64,000 nt of DNA from Azolla caroliniana (lineage: Eukaryota; Plantae; Polypodiophyta). The translations under genes were made by a program, and so were the position numbers. The stretch's first letter is position 1. Every line of letters starts with the position of its first letter. Of this stretch, positions 62,520-64,000 are shown one piece after another. Below the pieces are notes generated by a model. That model did no database searches and was not told where the DNA came from. It was given only the letters and a program-made list of their open reading frames with translations. The DNA is taken from the NCBI GenBank assembly GCA_043228905.1, contig JBHGNT010000090.1, forward strand, positions 29,965 to 93,964. The letters run 5' to 3'.

Positions 62520-63503
62520 TCGATAAAAAACAAAAATCATGTTTGTAGAACAATTTGGGGAGGGAACATTATGTATTCTGAGATGGATAGAGTGTTTATG
62601 ATTTCTTCCTTTCAACCTTCTCAATTTTGTCTATTTTGGTATGGTATGTTTTCATCCTTACATGTCTTGTTGGGGATCATGGGCTATAAAAACCCTCATG
62701 AATGTCTTTATTTCAATGTTTTCATTTTGGATGGTTTGATTCTATCTTTATGGAAGATGATGTTGTAACTCAATAGAGTATGTTGCTTATTCGTATATCG
62801 TGGAAGAACGGTAAAAAATAGATATTGAATCCACATCCGAATGATATAAATAATTTATCTGAATTGTGGGTTTATGAGAATAAGTCCATGGACCACATTC
62901 TGTGGGATTCAAGTGAGTGGAAATGGCAAATCATATTAGCGCAAGGAATACTAGGTAAGCAATTCCCTTTTTTTCAGTACTCTGTAAAAATGGGTAAAGA
63001 ATTATTAAGGAGGTGGGTGTTGTGCTAGTGGCTCATAGATTTTGGAGATCAAGTAATGTAAGACTCTTGGTTGGATGCTTATTGGAAATGGCTATGGGCC
63101 ATGCAAATTCCTAAAAAAGTTGTATTCTTTGGATGGTTTTTGGTATATTATGGGATTCTTGTGAAGTCATGATTGAGGCATCACCTTGATTTAAAATATG
63201 ACTATAACAAAGTTAAAGAGGTTGCTAACATGGGTAGTGACTATAACAAAGTTATAACAAGGTTGATGTATTGGAAGTTACAATTGCCCCTTTTTAGGGA
63301 GAGTTAATGTTTTTTCATCACTTGGTCTGATAATCACTATTCCAAGAGTGGGAATGACGGTGAGGCAAAACCATGCCTTGGATCTTGAGGGATGAATAAT
63401 GGGGTGAGTTATCGATGTTGCAACCTTCTTGGTAGGGTCAAGGGGACCATCATGATAGGACATTAGCTCAGTTGGTAGATGGGCCTAGGGATCGACAACG
63501 ATT

Positions 63504-63560
63504 CGGTTTAGGCTTAGCCGGTTTGGCCTGATCCAAGCCAAACCGGCTAAGCCTAAACCG
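63504..63560. repeat. Perfect 24 bp inverted repeat (hairpin, 9 nt loop)
   Basis: CGGTTTAGGCTTAGCCGGTTTGGC (63504-63527) and its exact reverse complement (63537-63560). Confidence 0.9.
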
Positions 63561-63723
63561 TTTATGGGATCTCAAACCTGAACCGATCCAGTTCACAAAT
63601 TGGTTTTGCAAACCTCCCTCCCTCCCTCCCTCCCTCCCTCCCTCTCTCTCTCTCTCCCTCTCTCTAAGATGATTCACTATATACTATATAGTATACATTG
63701 TACAAGCTCTCCCTCCCACTCTC

Positions 63724-63922
63724 TTTTTTTCGTAAATAATGGCTTTCATTACAAAAGAAAAAACACCACCATGACTAACTTACAATAAACTATAGAACCC
63801 CTTCTATCTAGGGATCTAAAGAACACTATGACACCAAACTTAATGCCACCCTACACACCAATTCAAATGGCGAATATGATGATATGTGACCTTGCAGAGT
63901 TCTCTCTCTTCCTGGTTGAGAT
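63724..63922 (-). mobile_element. About 200 bp SINE-like element or LINE 3'-end retrocopy (copy 2)
   Basis: Aligns along its length with 2333-2541 and stops at the same point (CCTGGTTGAGAT). Confidence 0.7.
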
Positions 63923-64000
63923 TTTGTGACTTCTCTAGCATTGTCAATTGCCACAAAATAAGTCCTTTTAACTTTAGAACATATTTTCTCACCCCAACTT

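Larger units (their letters stand above)
46890..63200. pseudogene. Degenerate L1-type LINE ORF2 3' region with a 5' inversion, split by LTR insertions
   Basis: Minus-strand part, 60547-60454 plus 47054-46890: GKVVVDNQVLLAFMWY...SQVQWLIRNFLWG...EEGGLGLIDP. Plus-strand part, 60540-60909 and 62520-63200: LPGREPWK...WLCQPL...YWKWLWAMQIPKKV (zf-RVT-like). Boundaries are approximate. Confidence 0.72.

Overview
Eukaryotic plant genomic DNA, probably a non-seed land plant such as a fern (inferred from the transposon lineages present). The first 17 kb hold two intact, spliced + strand genes: a mitochondrial phosphate carrier (6 exons, 377 aa) and a D-type cyclin (6 exons, 407 aa, LxCxE motif, Glu8-His9 tail). 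From 25.4 kb onward the window is two nests of retroelements, each four levels deep, resolved by target-site duplications (TSD). Nest 1: old Copia A contains a non-autonomous LTR element B, which contains chromovirus C, which contains a Copia solo LTR; A also carries an intact Copia D with identical LTRs and one more solo LTR. Nest 2: a 5'-inverted LINE contains Copia solo LTR G, which contains tRNA-Trp-primed Gypsy E, which contains Copia F; two further nested solo LTRs follow. The most notable signal is an LTR architecture shared by B and C: an antisense tRNA-like Pol III B-box at the U3 end, a heat-shock element, a TATA box, and a putative Tf1-type self-primer whose sequence co-varies with a non-tRNA primer-binding site (PBS). 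All calls were made by eye from the sequence; no database search or alignment program was run.
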